In this document: positions 36,829 to 46,439 of the stretch, one piece after another
Layout: every line of letters starts with the position of its first letter
How positions within the stretch are numbered: position 1 is the stretch's first letter
From: Bacteriovoracaceae bacterium
GTDB taxonomy: Bacteria; Bdellovibrionota; Bacteriovoracia; Bacteriovoracales; Bacteriovoracaceae
Direction of reading: 5' to 3'
Assembly (NCBI GenBank): GCA_036770305.1
Contig: DAIPJL010000001.1
Span: 1,899-65,898, forward strand
Length of the DNA stretch: 64,000 bases
Notes under the pieces: generated by a model
The model's input: only the letters and a program-made list of their open reading frames with translations
Database searches by the model: none
What the model was told of the DNA's origin: nothing
Position numbers and translations under genes: made by a program

Positions 36829-37944
36829 TTACTGAACTTTCTTGCCCTTGGCAGGCTTCGCCTCGACTTCGTCCTTGATCTCGCCGGTGCTCATGTCGAC
36901 CTTGCTGATCTCGCTCGGCTTGGCGATGCCGTGCTTGGCGAGGACCTTCTGGCGGATCTCGTCCATGATCGCGGCGTTCTCCTTGAGGAACACCTTCGAC
37001 TGCTCGCGGCCCTGGCCGATCTTCTGGTTATTGTAGGAGTACCAGGCGCCGGCCTTCTCGACGATGCCTTCGTTGGCGGCGACGTCGAGGAGGTCACCGG
37101 TCTTCGAGACGCCTTCGCCGTACATGATGTCGAACTCGACTTCCTTGAACGGAGGCGCAACCTTGTTCTTCACGATCTTCACGCGCGTGCGGGAACCGGT
37201 GACGGTCTCGCCGTCCTTGATGGCGCCGATGCGGCGGATGTCCATGCGGACGGAGGCGTAGAACTTGAGCGCGTTACCGCCGGTGGTGGTCTCGGGGTTA
37301 CCGAACATCACGCCGATCTTCATACGCAGTTGGTTGATGAAGATCACGGTGCAGTTCGAGCGCGAGATGGAGCCGGTGAGCTTGCGCAGGGCCTGGCTCA
37401 TGAGGCGCGCTTGAAGACCCATGTGGGAGTCGCCCATTTCGCCTTCGAGCTCGGCCTTCGGCGTGAGCGCGGCGACCGAGTCGACGATGAGCAGGTTCAC
37501 GGCGCCCGAGCGCACCAGCATGTCGGCGATTTCCAGGGCCTGCTCGCCCGAGTCGGGCTGCGAGATGAGCGTGTTCGGGATGTCCACGCCGAGCTTGGCG
37601 GCGTAGGAGGTGTCGAGGGCGTGTTCCGCGTCGACGAAGGCGACGGTGCCGCCCATGCGCTGGCACTCCGCTGCGATGTGAAGAGTCATGGTGGTTTTAC
37701 CGGAAGACTCCGGGCCGTAGATTTCGATGATGCGGCCTTGTGGGATGCCGCCGATGCCCAGGGCCAGATCAAGGCCGAGTGCTCCAGTCGAGATTGCGGG
37801 GATCTTCTCTTCAACTTGTTCCGTGCCCAGGCGCATGATGGCGCCTTTGCCGAATTGCTTCTCAATACTTGAGAGCGCCAGCTCGAGAGCTTTCTTTTTA
37901 TTTGTAGCGTCAGTGCTGTTTTCGAACGATGAATTGAAGGCCAT
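36829..37944 (-). CDS. recA: Recombinase RecA
   Basis: Start at 37944 gives MAFNSS...[25 protein letters not shown]. Walker [10 protein letters not shown]. The 30-codon extension to 38034 in the track is not RecA-like. Confidence 0.97.
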   Translation of the reverse strand: MAFNSSFENSTDATNKKKALELALSSIEKQFGKGAIMRLGTEQVEEKIPAISTGALGLDLALGIGGIPQGRIIEIYGPESSGKTTMTLHIAAECQRMGGTVAFVDAEHALDTSYAAKLGVDIPNTLISQPDSGEQALEIADMLVRSGAVNLLIVDSVAALTPKAELEGEMGDSHMGLQARLMSQALRKLTGSISRSNCTVIFINQLRMKIGVMFGNPETTTGGNALKFYASVRMDIRRIGAIKDGETVTGSRTRVKIVKNKVAPPFKEVEFDIMYGEGVSKTGDLLDVAANEGIVEKAGAWYSYNNQKIGQGREQSKVFLKENAAIMDEIRQKVLAKHGIAKPSEISKVDMSTGEIKDEVEAKPAKGKKVQ

Positions 37945-38019
37945 GAATGTCTCCCCTTGTATCAATAAAATCGGAGGTGTGTGTTCTTTCACGCTAACAC
38001 CCCCTAGCGTTAGTGCCAA

Positions 38020-38053
38020 GGGAATTCCCTGCAAATTTACGGAAAATTTACGG
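38020..38053 (-). promoter_or_regulatory. Palindrome plus tandem direct repeat in the recA upstream region (candidate operator)
   Basis: GGGAATTCCC (38020-38029) is followed by AAATTTACGG twice at 11-bp spacing (38033-38042 and 38044-38053). These lie 76-109 nt upstream of the recA ATG. Confidence 0.25.
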
Positions 38054-38086
38054 ATGCCTAAGAAGTCAAAAACTTAGGTCATCTGA

Positions 38087-38578
38087 CTAGCTGCGATAGA
38101 AAAAATAGGACGCAAGTTTGACAAAAATACCCGCGTACACGCCTGACACCACATCATCGAGAATAGTGCCCCAGCCGTTTTTCACCTGCTGATCGAAATA
38201 AGAAGCGGGCCAAAATTTTACGATGTCGAAGAAACGAAACGCAGCGAAGGCCAGGGCCCACCAGAAGAAATTCTGAGGCCCGGCGACGAACCAGGTGATC
38301 GCCATACCGATCACCTCATCCACTACGATCCATTGCGGATCAGAAACTTTTTCTTCTCTCTGGGTTTTGTCCGCCAAAACGCAGGCGAGCACGGTCATCA
38401 CGGTGAGGAGAGTAACGCTCAACCACTCGGGCGGCGCGAGTAAGCTCCACGCGTAGATGAACGGGAGCGCCGCGAGTGTGCCGAATGTTCCGGGAGCTTT
38501 TTTTGCGCGACCCGCGCCAAACCATGAAAGATACATGATCGTGAGGGTGTGCCCAAGCTTGTGTCTTTGCTCTTTCAT
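38087..38578 (-). CDS. pgpA: Phosphatidylglycerophosphatase A
   Basis: Start at 38578 (MKEQRHK...) or 38536. PgpA motifs GAGRAKKAPGTFGTLAA ... DPQWIVVDEV ... RFFDIVKFWP. The longer track ORF to 38839 overlaps the divergent gene. Confidence 0.85.
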   Translation of the reverse strand: MKEQRHKLGHTLTIMYLSWFGAGRAKKAPGTFGTLAALPFIYAWSLLAPPEWLSVTLLTVMTVLACVLADKTQREEKVSDPQWIVVDEVIGMAITWFVAGPQNFFWWALAFAAFRFFDIVKFWPASYFDQQVKNGWGTILDDVVSGVYAGIFVKLASYFFYRS

Positions 38579-38620
38579 GGCATCTAGGTTAGCTTTTCTC
38601 GATCGTACTAGCCAGCAACC

Positions 38621-39871
38621 TTGGGAACCGTGATTGTGACTAACCGCCCCGATTACCTTCGGCAGCATCTCTTCAACTGGGAAACCTTTGATCTGGTCTG
38701 CAGCGGCAAGTCCTCGCTCGATGCAAAAAACTACCTCACGGAAATGTATGGCCCTGACCAGGTCTACGACTTCCTCGTGGGCTACGGCTTCGATCTGAAG
38801 AATCCGGTAGAAAGCGCCGAGCTCTTCGGGATCTACCAAGAGGCCCTGCAGTTCATCAAGCGCTACTTCCTGCGCGAGGGGAACTCCGAGGGCCTCGAGC
38901 TCTCGGTGCCGAGCTTTCTCTTCACGCTCACGGACATCTCCGAGCTCTTCTTGCTCGCCACGGGGAACCCGAGCCGCAAGAAGAACGTCGAGGAAGCCCT
39001 ATGGGCGGGCGTTGTTCTGAAAGTCATGCACACGATTCTCCACGCCGACAAGGATCTCCGGTACCGCTACTTTAGCGTGATCCAGCAGCAGATCTTCGAC
39101 CGCTTCTACAAGTACGTGCACCGGGACGAGAACAACCAGCTGCTGCTGAAGAACGACGCGGGCTTCGAGATCCCGCTCTTGGACTTTCAGACCAAAGCGA
39201 AGAAGACCCGCGAGTCGATCATCATCAAGCTGCTGCACAAGCAGGAGAACGTCGCCGAGGAGCTCTTCGACCGGATCGGCGTGCGCTTCGTCACCAAGAC
39301 GAAGGTGGACTCGCTGCGGGTGCTGAAGTTCCTCGTCACGAACTACGTCGTGATGATCAACAACATCAAGCCGAGCCGCTCGCAGAACACCCTCGTCGAC
39401 CTGCGCCTTCTGAAGCAGCGCTCGCAGGGCCTTTTGAAGCGCACGCTGCGCGAGCAGTGGAACGAAGAGCGCTACCTCCAGGAGCTCGCTCAGCTCGTCG
39501 AGCACTGCGTGCCCGGCGGCACCGGCTCCGACCGCAACGAGCACACCTCGAACGAGTACCGCGCCATCCACTTCACGGGTCGACAGCTCATCAAGTACCG
39601 CAACCCCTTCATGGCCCACTTCAACGAAGTCCGCAAAATGGCCTCGCTGGACCGCGAGCAGCCGCTGGCCCGGGAGCTCCTCGCGCTCGACACCACCCCG
39701 ATCTCGCGCGACGTGCGCTTCTTCTATCCCTTCGAAGTGCAGATCACCGACGAGCAGAGCCACCAGCAGAACACGCAGGGCGAGGCGAGCCACCAGGAGT
39801 ACAAGCGCTCGCAGGTGAAGTCGGCCATGCGCCGGATCTTCAAGCCGCTCATCGAGCTCAAGGGGCTCTAG
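38621..39871 (+). CDS. RelA/SpoT-fold nucleotidyltransferase-domain protein (conserved hypothetical)
   Basis: 416 aa. Synthetase-like motifs FDRIGVRFVT, YRAIHFTG, FEVQITD...GEASHQEYK. The start (TTG 38621 or GTG 38630) is uncertain. Confidence 0.6.
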   Translation: MGTVIVTNRPDYLRQHLFNWETFDLVCSGKSSLDAKNYLTEMYGPDQVYDFLVGYGFDLKNPVESAELFGIYQEALQFIKRYFLREGNSEGLELSVPSFLFTLTDISELFLLATGNPSRKKNVEEALWAGVVLKVMHTILHADKDLRYRYFSVIQQQIFDRFYKYVHRDENNQLLLKNDAGFEIPLLDFQTKAKKTRESIIIKLLHKQENVAEELFDRIGVRFVTKTKVDSLRVLKFLVTNYVVMINNIKPSRSQNTLVDLRLLKQRSQGLLKRTLREQWNEERYLQELAQLVEHCVPGGTGSDRNEHTSNEYRAIHFTGRQLIKYRNPFMAHFNEVRKMASLDREQPLARELLALDTTPISRDVRFFYPFEVQITDEQSHQQNTQGEASHQEYKRSQVKSAMRRIFKPLIELKGL

Positions 39872-39874
39872 CGC

Positions 39875-40753
39875 CTACTTCTCGAGGAAGAGCTGGATGC
39901 GTTCGTTCACCATCTGCGGGAAGTCCACCTGCGGGACGTGGGAGCCGTCTTTGATGAGGTAGAGCTCGCTCTTCGGAAGCTTGCTCTTCAGCAGGCGCTG
40001 GAGGTGGAAGGGGATCACGCGGTCCTTGTCGCCGCCGATCACCAGCGCGGGGATCTGCAGCGTCTCGAGCTTCCCGAGGATCTGGTGCGACTCCATCTGC
40101 CGGAAGAGCTGGAGGAAGAGGTCGCTGCCGAGCTGGGCGATGCGGTTCATGTAGACCTCGATGAACTCGCGGCTCACCTGCTTCTTGTTGAAGCCCTGGG
40201 AGTGGATGAGCTCGAGGGTGAGCGGGTTCATGGCCTGCGTGGCCCAGATCGCGTCGAAGATCTGGCGGTAGCGGTTGCGCACTTCCTCGGCCACCGGGAT
40301 GATGAACTCCATGAGGTTCGTGTCGAACATCACGCCCTTCACCGGGAGCACGGTGCCGGAGAGCAGCGCCATGGACGCGAGGCGCTCGGGGTAGCGCGCG
40401 GCGAACTCGAGGGTGATGTTCACGCCCATGCTGTGGCCGATGGCGTGGACGGTTTTGACGTTGAGGTGGTCGAGGAGCTCGCGGATGTCTTCGGCGATGC
40501 GCGGGAAGGTGATGCGATCGACGCGCTCTTTCCCGGAGCTCTGGAAGTGGCCCCGGAAGTCGTGGAAGATCACCTGGTAGCCGGCTTCGCGGAACCAGTC
40601 GAGCTGGTACTTCCAGTGGAGGTTGCTACAGACCAGGCCGTAGTTGAAGAGCAGCACCTTGTCGTGCTCCGTTTTGTGGTCGATCGGAAAGCTCGTCGTG
40701 TAGAAGAGCTGCTCGCCGTCGGTGGTCTTGAAGTAGTTCGAGTGCCAGGTCAT
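39875..40753 (-). CDS. Alpha/beta-fold hydrolase
   Basis: 292 aa. HDFRGHFQS loop, nucleophile elbow GHSMG, C-terminal GSHVP His motif. Confidence 0.85.
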   Translation of the reverse strand: MTWHSNYFKTTDGEQLFYTTSFPIDHKTEHDKVLLFNYGLVCSNLHWKYQLDWFREAGYQVIFHDFRGHFQSSGKERVDRITFPRIAEDIRELLDHLNVKTVHAIGHSMGVNITLEFAARYPERLASMALLSGTVLPVKGVMFDTNLMEFIIPVAEEVRNRYRQIFDAIWATQAMNPLTLELIHSQGFNKKQVSREFIEVYMNRIAQLGSDLFLQLFRQMESHQILGKLETLQIPALVIGGDKDRVIPFHLQRLLKSKLPKSELYLIKDGSHVPQVDFPQMVNERIQLFLEK

Positions 40754-40754
40754 A

Positions 40755-41162
40755 TCACGCTTTCGTCTTGGGGTTCAGCAGCTGCACGAGGCTGAGGACG
40801 GGGGCCTCCTGCGACACGAGGGCCTTGAGCCGCGCATCGAGGATCTGCTTCTTGCTGCGGACTTCGCTTTCCTGTGCGGCGAGGATCTTGAACTCGACGT
40901 CGGCCACTCGGAGAAGGTCGCCGGGGCGCACGCGGCGAGCCTTCGTCGCGCGCTTCCCGTTCAGCAGCCAGAACTCGAGCTTCGGGTGCGGCTCGACCTG
41001 CAGCTGACCCTCGACGATCTCCACGAGGAAGAGGAAGGAGTGCGCCAGCGAGCGCGGCGCGATGTCACCCTCGGGGTAGCCGAGGTAGACTTGGTTTTTC
41101 GGGAAGCGCCAGGTGCCCAGGTACGCGTCGTCGTCGGCCTTGGTGACGGAGATTTCGATCAT
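40755..41162 (-). CDS. FHA-like domain protein
   Basis: 135 aa. LGYPEGDI...RSLAHSF...LLNGKR...PGDLLRVADVEFKI resembles the FHA GR...SxxH...NG pattern, with GY in place of GR. Confidence 0.45.
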   Translation of the reverse strand: MIEISVTKADDDAYLGTWRFPKNQVYLGYPEGDIAPRSLAHSFLFLVEIVEGQLQVEPHPKLEFWLLNGKRATKARRVRPGDLLRVADVEFKILAAQESEVRSKKQILDARLKALVSQEAPVLSLVQLLNPKTKA

Positions 41163-41164
41163 GC

Positions 41165-43288
41165 TCAGATTGTATCTAAAATCTTCTGGTCCCGGGCGAG
41201 CTTTAGGAGAATGGGATCAATTTTCTCCGGCTGCGTGCGCTGGAGTTCCTGAACGTCGCGGTACACTTTTTCCAGAATGTGCGAGTGGCGCTGGAAGTCG
41301 GCGACGCGCCGGCGCACGGTGGTGCCCGACTGGTCGACGCCGAAGAGGTCGCCCTCGCCGCGGTTCTGCAGATCGGCCTCGGCGATGGCGAAGCCGTCGG
41401 TGGTCTGCTCGAGGATCGCCAGGCGCTGCAGGCCCGCCTCGCCGAGCTCGCTGTCGAGGACGAGAAAGCAGAAGCCCGGCTTCTCGCCGCGGCCCACGCG
41501 GCCACGCAGCTGGTGCAGAGAACTGAGGCCAAAGCGCTCGGGGTGGTAGACACACATGAAGGCAGCGTTCGGGACGTTGATGCCGACTTCGATGACGCTC
41601 GTGGCGATGAGGATCTTGAGCTCGCCGCGGGTGAAGGCCTCCACCACCTGTGCCTTGTCGTCGGCCTTCATCTTGCCGTGGAGCGTGGCCATGGGCACGC
41701 CGGGGAAGACCTCGCGGTAGTTCTGGAAGGCTTCGGTGACGTTCTGCAGGTCGAGGGTCTCGGACTCGTCGATGGCCGGGAAGACGAAGTAGCCCTGGTC
41801 GCCGAGCGCGAGGCGCTGGCGGATGAAGTCGACGTACTTGCCGTAGTTCGCCGGGGCCACGATGCGCGTCTTGATGCCCTTGCGGCCCGCGGGGAGGTGC
41901 TTGATGGTGCTGAAGTCGAGGTCGCCGTACTGGGCGAGCGAGAGCGTGCGCGGGATCGGCGTGGCGGACATGATGAGGCAGTGGGTGCCGGCGCCCTTGC
42001 CGGTGAGGGCGAGGCGCTGCTCGACGCCGAACTTGTGCTGCTCGTCGATCACGGCGAGCGTGAGGCGCTGGAAGGCGACGCTCTCCTGGAAGAGCGCGTG
42101 GGTGCCGATGACGAAGTTACTGGCGCCGCTCGCGAGCGCCTTCTGGACGGCGTCTTTCTCTTTCTTCTTCATGCTGCCGAGGAGCAGGCTCGGCGTGAGG
42201 AAGGGCAGCTTCCCGAAGAGGCCCGCGAGGGTCTGCGCGTGCTGCTGGGCGAGCGCTTCGGTGGGGCACATCAGGGCGACCTGCCCCCCTTGCGCGCAGG
42301 CGACCAGCGCGACCAGGAAAGCGACGATGGTTTTTCCGCAGCCGACGTCGCCCTGGAGCATGCGCATCATCGGATGCCCCGAGCCCATGTCGGCGAGGAT
42401 CTCCTGGATCACCTTCGCCTGATCATCCGTGAGCGTGAACGGCAGGAGCTTCTCGAGCGCCGTGAGCGTGTCTGGGGCAGCGTGGACCGGTGCTCCGGTC
42501 TTCTTTTTGATGAAGCGCCGGCGGGTGGTGATCTTGAGCTGGTCGACGAAGAACTCCTCGTAGGCGAGGCGCTCGACGGCGCGGGTGCGCAGCTCGGGCG
42601 TGAGCTCGCTCGGCGGCAGCTGCGCGTGCAGCACCTGGAAGGCGCGGCCGAGGGAGAGGTCCGTCAGGGCGTCGGTCGGGTAGCTCGGGTGGATGTCGGT
42701 CCAGACCTCGCGCGGCAACTGAGCGATGAGCTTGGCGGTGAAGCTCCCCGGGACCTTGCTGATGGTGGGGTACTCGATGAGCCAGTCCCCGAGAGTGCTG
42801 GGCCAGCTGGCGTCGAGGAGTGGGATGACCTTCGGGTTGATGATCTGCAGCTGCGCGCGCCACTCCTGTAGCTGGCCCAGGAACCACACCTGCTCGAGGC
42901 CTTCGAGTTGCTTTTTCTGCTGCGGGTAGATGTTAAAGAAGCGCAGCGAGAGGGTTCCGTCGCCGGAGAGCTCTTTGACGACGAGGTGGCCCGTGTACAG
43001 GAGGAGGCGCCCCTTCGTGCGGCGGCCAAAAGCCGGACGCAGTTCGCAGTGGATCACGCGGCCCTGGCCCAGGAACATCTCGCCCTCGCGGGCCTCGCGG
43101 AAGGGCCGCAGCCGCGGCGTCGGGATCGCTCGCAGCGGGAGTGCCCAGAGGAGGTCCTGCACGGTGCGCACGCCCGCGTCCATCAGCGCCGCTACGTGCG
43201 CCGACGGCGCCTTGCTGCGCGAGAGCGCGCTGAGGGGAGCGTCGAGGCTAACGGTACTCGACGGACTGGACCTCATAGGCCACGTCAC
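41165..43288 (-). CDS. recG: ATP-dependent DNA helicase RecG
   Basis: 707 aa. Wedge/OB N-terminus. Helicase motifs LQGDVGCGKT, DEQHKFG, SATPIPRT and QLRGRVGRG. The annotated start overlaps greA by 41 nt, so the true start may be internal. Confidence 0.93.
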   Translation of the reverse strand: MTWPMRSSPSSTVSLDAPLSALSRSKAPSAHVAALMDAGVRTVQDLLWALPLRAIPTPRLRPFREAREGEMFLGQGRVIHCELRPAFGRRTKGRLLLYTGHLVVKELSGDGTLSLRFFNIYPQQKKQLEGLEQVWFLGQLQEWRAQLQIINPKVIPLLDASWPSTLGDWLIEYPTISKVPGSFTAKLIAQLPREVWTDIHPSYPTDALTDLSLGRAFQVLHAQLPPSELTPELRTRAVERLAYEEFFVDQLKITTRRRFIKKKTGAPVHAAPDTLTALEKLLPFTLTDDQAKVIQEILADMGSGHPMMRMLQGDVGCGKTIVAFLVALVACAQGGQVALMCPTEALAQQHAQTLAGLFGKLPFLTPSLLLGSMKKKEKDAVQKALASGASNFVIGTHALFQESVAFQRLTLAVIDEQHKFGVEQRLALTGKGAGTHCLIMSATPIPRTLSLAQYGDLDFSTIKHLPAGRKGIKTRIVAPANYGKYVDFIRQRLALGDQGYFVFPAIDESETLDLQNVTEAFQNYREVFPGVPMATLHGKMKADDKAQVVEAFTRGELKILIATSVIEVGINVPNAAFMCVYHPERFGLSSLHQLRGRVGRGEKPGFCFLVLDSELGEAGLQRLAILEQTTDGFAIAEADLQNRGEGDLFGVDQSGTTVRRRVADFQRHSHILEKVYRDVQELQRTQPEKIDPILLKLARDQKILDTI

Positions 43289-43718
43289 CCTTCGGTGCCT
43301 TCACGATGACTTCGTCGCCGGCCTCGCGACCGATGAGTGCTTTACCGAGCGGCGAGCTGTAGGAAATCTTCGCCGGGTCCGTCATGGCCTCGTCTTCGCC
43401 GACAATCTGGAAGCGCTGTTCGTTTCCGTTGCCGTCGACGATGCGCACGGTGGCGCCGAAGACGATGCGATCTCCGGACAGACCCTTAACCTCCACCACC
43501 CGGGCGCGCGCGAGCTTCGCCTGCAGCTCCTGGATGCGGCCTTCGATGTGCGACTGCTTTTCCTTCGCCGCTGCGTACTCAGCGTTCTCCTTGAGGTCAC
43601 CGAGCGCGCGCGCTTCGGCGATGGCTTCTTTCACGCCTTCGCGCTCCACCTTGATGAGGTGGTCGAGCTCGGCCTCCAAGAGTTTCTTGCCGGTCGGGGT
43701 CATCGGGAATTCGTTCAT
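43248..43718 (-). CDS. greA: Transcription elongation factor GreA
   Basis: 156 aa. PMTPTGKKLLEAELDHL...GDLKENAEYAAAKEKQ...SPLGKALIG. Confidence 0.95.
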   Translation of the reverse strand: MNEFPMTPTGKKLLEAELDHLIKVEREGVKEAIAEARALGDLKENAEYAAAKEKQSHIEGRIQELQAKLARARVVEVKGLSGDRIVFGATVRIVDGNGNEQRFQIVGEDEAMTDPAKISYSSPLGKALIGREAGDEVIVKAPKGDVAYEVQSVEYR

Positions 43719-43741
43719 AGCAGTCTCATCCTCGCTCGAAT

Positions 43742-44029
43742 TTATTTCTTAAAGAGGGCCCGCGCTTTCTCGAGCATGTCCTCGCGCGTGCTGCCGCTGC
43801 CGGCGCTCCGGGGCCCAAACTTGTACCACTCGCAGAAGTTGGCCTTGTCCTTCTCCACCACGCGCTCGGCGCTCGGCTCGTGGCACTCGTTGTACGCCGC
43901 CTTGTCGTAGTGCTTGCACGCGACACAGCTCCGGAGCGCCCCCCCGCAGTGCGAGCAGTGATCGCTTCTCCCCGGCGGCATGGCCTCCAAGTAGGGCACT
44001 GTCTTACCACAATGTGGGCACGTTCCCAT
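43742..44029 (-). CDS. Small Cys-rich zinc-ribbon protein
   Basis: Start at MGTCPHCG (44029), 1 nt after the upstream stop. CPHCG...CSHCGG...CVACKH...CHE...FCEW Cys/His pattern. Confidence 0.6.
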   Translation of the reverse strand: MGTCPHCGKTVPYLEAMPPGRSDHCSHCGGALRSCVACKHYDKAAYNECHEPSAERVVEKDKANFCEWYKFGPRSAGSGSTREDMLEKARALFKK

Positions 44030-44030
44030 A

Positions 44031-44567
44031 CTAAAACTCCTTCTGCGCCCCCAGCCCAAAGCCGGAGCCCTGCTTGCTCGGATCTGCGCTGAAATAAATC
44101 CGCGGAGTGTTTCGTTTGTTGTGCTCGTCGATGGCCCGCTGCAGCAGCCATTCGTTGGTGTGCTGGTTGGTGCGTGAAATCAGATAGCTGATGGCGATCA
44201 TGGTGGCGCCTCCGATCACGAGAGTGTTCCGCCCGGTGATGGACTCATTCCTTCCCTCACTCGGCCGCAGGACTCCCGCCAGCATCGTCGCCGTGCCAAG
44301 CGTGCTGAGCGCCGCGCTTTGCCAGCGAGGGCGGTTGTTGCCCTGGTACTCGTCCAGTAGTTTTTTCGCCTCGGGGTCGCGTTGCAGATAATAGCGCAGG
44401 CCTTCGCCGCGGTTACTTGAGCTCGTGTCCACGAGCACCTCTTGGTAATTGATCACCGCAACGCGACTGCACGAGTCCGCTCCTAGAGCGGAAAGTGGGC
44501 CTGCGGTGCAGGTCAAAAAAAAGAGCGCGGTCAAAGACCAGCGCTGGAGGTGGGCAAGGTTGTTCAC
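44031..44567 (-). CDS. Hypothetical secreted/membrane protein
   Basis: 178 aa. Signal peptide (SLTALFFLTCTAGPLSALGA). One or two internal hydrophobic segments. Confidence 0.55.
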   Translation of the reverse strand: MNNLAHLQRWSLTALFFLTCTAGPLSALGADSCSRVAVINYQEVLVDTSSSNRGEGLRYYLQRDPEAKKLLDEYQGNNRPRWQSAALSTLGTATMLAGVLRPSEGRNESITGRNTLVIGGATMIAISYLISRTNQHTNEWLLQRAIDEHNKRNTPRIYFSADPSKQGSGFGLGAQKEF

Positions 44568-44618
44568 TCTATAAGCTTACCGCGCCCCGACGTATCATGG
44601 AAGTAGAAGGACAGCTCC

Positions 44619-46328
44619 ATGGACCTCATCCGGACCGGCATCGGTCTTAGTAAAACCATCAAGAACGCCGCGCGGCTGCGCGAGATCTTGACCGTTTTCA
44701 GCAGGAATGGGTTCCGCTCCTACATCGTCAGCTCCGGGATGGGAGAAGAGTACGCCAGCGAGGGCGTGACCCAGGAGCCGGACGTCACGGAGGAAGCGCT
44801 CCACAGTGAAGAGGGCTGGGCCCTCGTCGGCCTGCGCCTGCGCAAGAGCTTCGAAGAACTCGGTCCGAGCTTCGTGAAACTCGGCCAGCTCCTCGCGACC
44901 CGCGAGGACATCCTCGATCCCGCGCTCATCCGCGAGCTGAAGAAGCTACAGAACCAGGTCAAGCCGATCAGCTTCGCCGAGGCACGCGAAGCCATCGAAA
45001 CCCACCTCGGCGCTCCACTGCACACGGTGTTCCGCGAGATCCGCGAGCGCCCCATCGGAACCGCGTCGATCGGCGTCGTCTACCGCGGGACCCTGCTCTC
45101 CGGCGAAGAGGTCGTCATCAAGGTGCGCCGGCCCGGCATAGAAAAAACGCTGCAGACCGACTTCGAGATCGTGCGCTTTATCGTGGCGCAGGTCGAGAAG
45201 GTGTCCGAGGCGCTCCGCTACCTCGGCCTCTCCCGAGTGCTGGAGGACTTCTTCCGCGCCACGCAGAGCGAGCTGAACTTCCTCACCGAGGCACAGAACT
45301 GCGAGCGCCTGCGCACCAACCTCGCGAAGATCGACACCGCCGGAGACTTCGTGCTCCCGCAGGTCTACCGCCAGTACTGCGGGGCGAGCGTCCTCGTGAT
45401 GGAGTTCCTCGACGGGAAACCCTTCAACCGCTACCGCTCGCTCGACGAGCTTGGTCCGGCGCTGATCGCGCGCCTCGAGAAGAGCGTGGACCTCTTCGCG
45501 CACACGCTCCTCGCCGACGGCTTCTTCCACGCCGACCTCCACGGCGGCAACTTCTTTATTCTCAAAGACGGCCGCATCGGCCTCATTGACTTCGGCCTCA
45601 TGGGAACGCTCTCGAAGAAGAACCGCGCGAACCTCATCGCCGTGCTCTACGCACTCGTGACCCACAACTACGACAACCTCGTCTACGAGTTCCTCGAGGT
45701 CGCCGACTACGACCGCGTCCCCGATCACGAAGAACTGATTCGTGACATCCGTGACTCCCTCGGACCTTTCGTAGGTCTTTCGGTGCAAGAAACCAATGTC
45801 ACAGACTTGGTGAGGGCCATCATCAGTACCCTCGCGAAGCACCGACTCTATCTGCCACGGGAATGGTTCATCATCTTCCGCGCCTTGATGACCCTTGACG
45901 GCGTCGGGAAATCGGTCGGGCTCGATCTCAACATCTTTAAGATCCTCGAGAAAGACATCCCGAAGCTACTGGGCGAGGTACTCACTAAGGAAAACGCCCA
46001 AGAAGAGGCGATGTGGATCGGTAAGGACTTACTCACTTCGCTGCGAATCGTTCCGAAGCATTTGAAATGGTTCCTGCGCGAACATGCTAAGCGCGGCTAT
46101 GCCTTCGAGCTTCGCGTTCAAGATGCCGCCGCGCACGTGAAGACGGTGGCGCGTTCGGTCTACTTCCTCGGCTATATTCTTCTCTCAAGCATTTTCATCC
46201 TCGTGGGTGCGTTGCCATTTATCGGCCGCTCGCCGGAGAGTTTTGGCCAGGTCCCCACCATGAGCTGGGTCTTCTGGGCGATCGCCGCGCTCGTGCTCGT
46301 GCGCGCCACGATCCTAAAGAAGTACTAA
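44619..46328 (+). CDS. ABC1/UbiB-family atypical protein kinase
   Basis: 569 aa. ASIGVVYRG...VVIKVRRPGI, FHADLHGGNFFI...IGLIDFG, two C-terminal TM helices. Confidence 0.9.
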   Translation: MDLIRTGIGLSKTIKNAARLREILTVFSRNGFRSYIVSSGMGEEYASEGVTQEPDVTEEALHSEEGWALVGLRLRKSFEELGPSFVKLGQLLATREDILDPALIRELKKLQNQVKPISFAEAREAIETHLGAPLHTVFREIRERPIGTASIGVVYRGTLLSGEEVVIKVRRPGIEKTLQTDFEIVRFIVAQVEKVSEALRYLGLSRVLEDFFRATQSELNFLTEAQNCERLRTNLAKIDTAGDFVLPQVYRQYCGASVLVMEFLDGKPFNRYRSLDELGPALIARLEKSVDLFAHTLLADGFFHADLHGGNFFILKDGRIGLIDFGLMGTLSKKNRANLIAVLYALVTHNYDNLVYEFLEVADYDRVPDHEELIRDIRDSLGPFVGLSVQETNVTDLVRAIISTLAKHRLYLPREWFIIFRALMTLDGVGKSVGLDLNIFKILEKDIPKLLGEVLTKENAQEEAMWIGKDLLTSLRIVPKHLKWFLREHAKRGYAFELRVQDAAAHVKTVARSVYFLGYILLSSIFILVGALPFIGRSPESFGQVPTMSWVFWAIAALVLVRATILKKY

Positions 46329-46439
46329 GAGCAATACCAAGGTTCCAGCACACCTTTACGTAAGCGATGCAGCAAGGCTTTACTTCATCCGACGATTTCG
46401 GCACGCTTTTGAGTGACACTTCCATCCAAAGGATCACCC

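Noticed and set aside
36748-37872. 374-aa plus-strand ORF opposite recA/recX; also 39938-40795 opposite the hydrolase and 32053-33567 opposite the SBP
   Set aside because: All are antisense to genes with diagnostic motifs, are Arg/Asp/Glu/Leu/Val/Gly-rich, and have no RBS or motif support.
37945-38034. 30-codon N-terminal extension of recA in the ORF track
   Set aside because: RecA homology begins at MAFNSS... (37944). The extension would consume the promoter region and is not RecA-like.
37945-38086. LexA/SOS box upstream of recA
   Set aside because: I found no convincing match to the LexA consensus types I know. Only the palindrome and direct repeats, reported separately as unexplained elements, are present.
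38579-38839. 87-codon N-terminal extension of pgpA in the ORF track
   Set aside because: PgpA homology starts near MKEQRHK or MYLSWFGAG. The extension overlaps the divergently transcribed RelA/SpoT-like gene.
41279-42871. 530-aa plus-strand ORF opposite recG (and 42930-43910 opposite recG/greA)
   Set aside because: It is antisense to genes with canonical helicase and GreA motifs and has no independent features.
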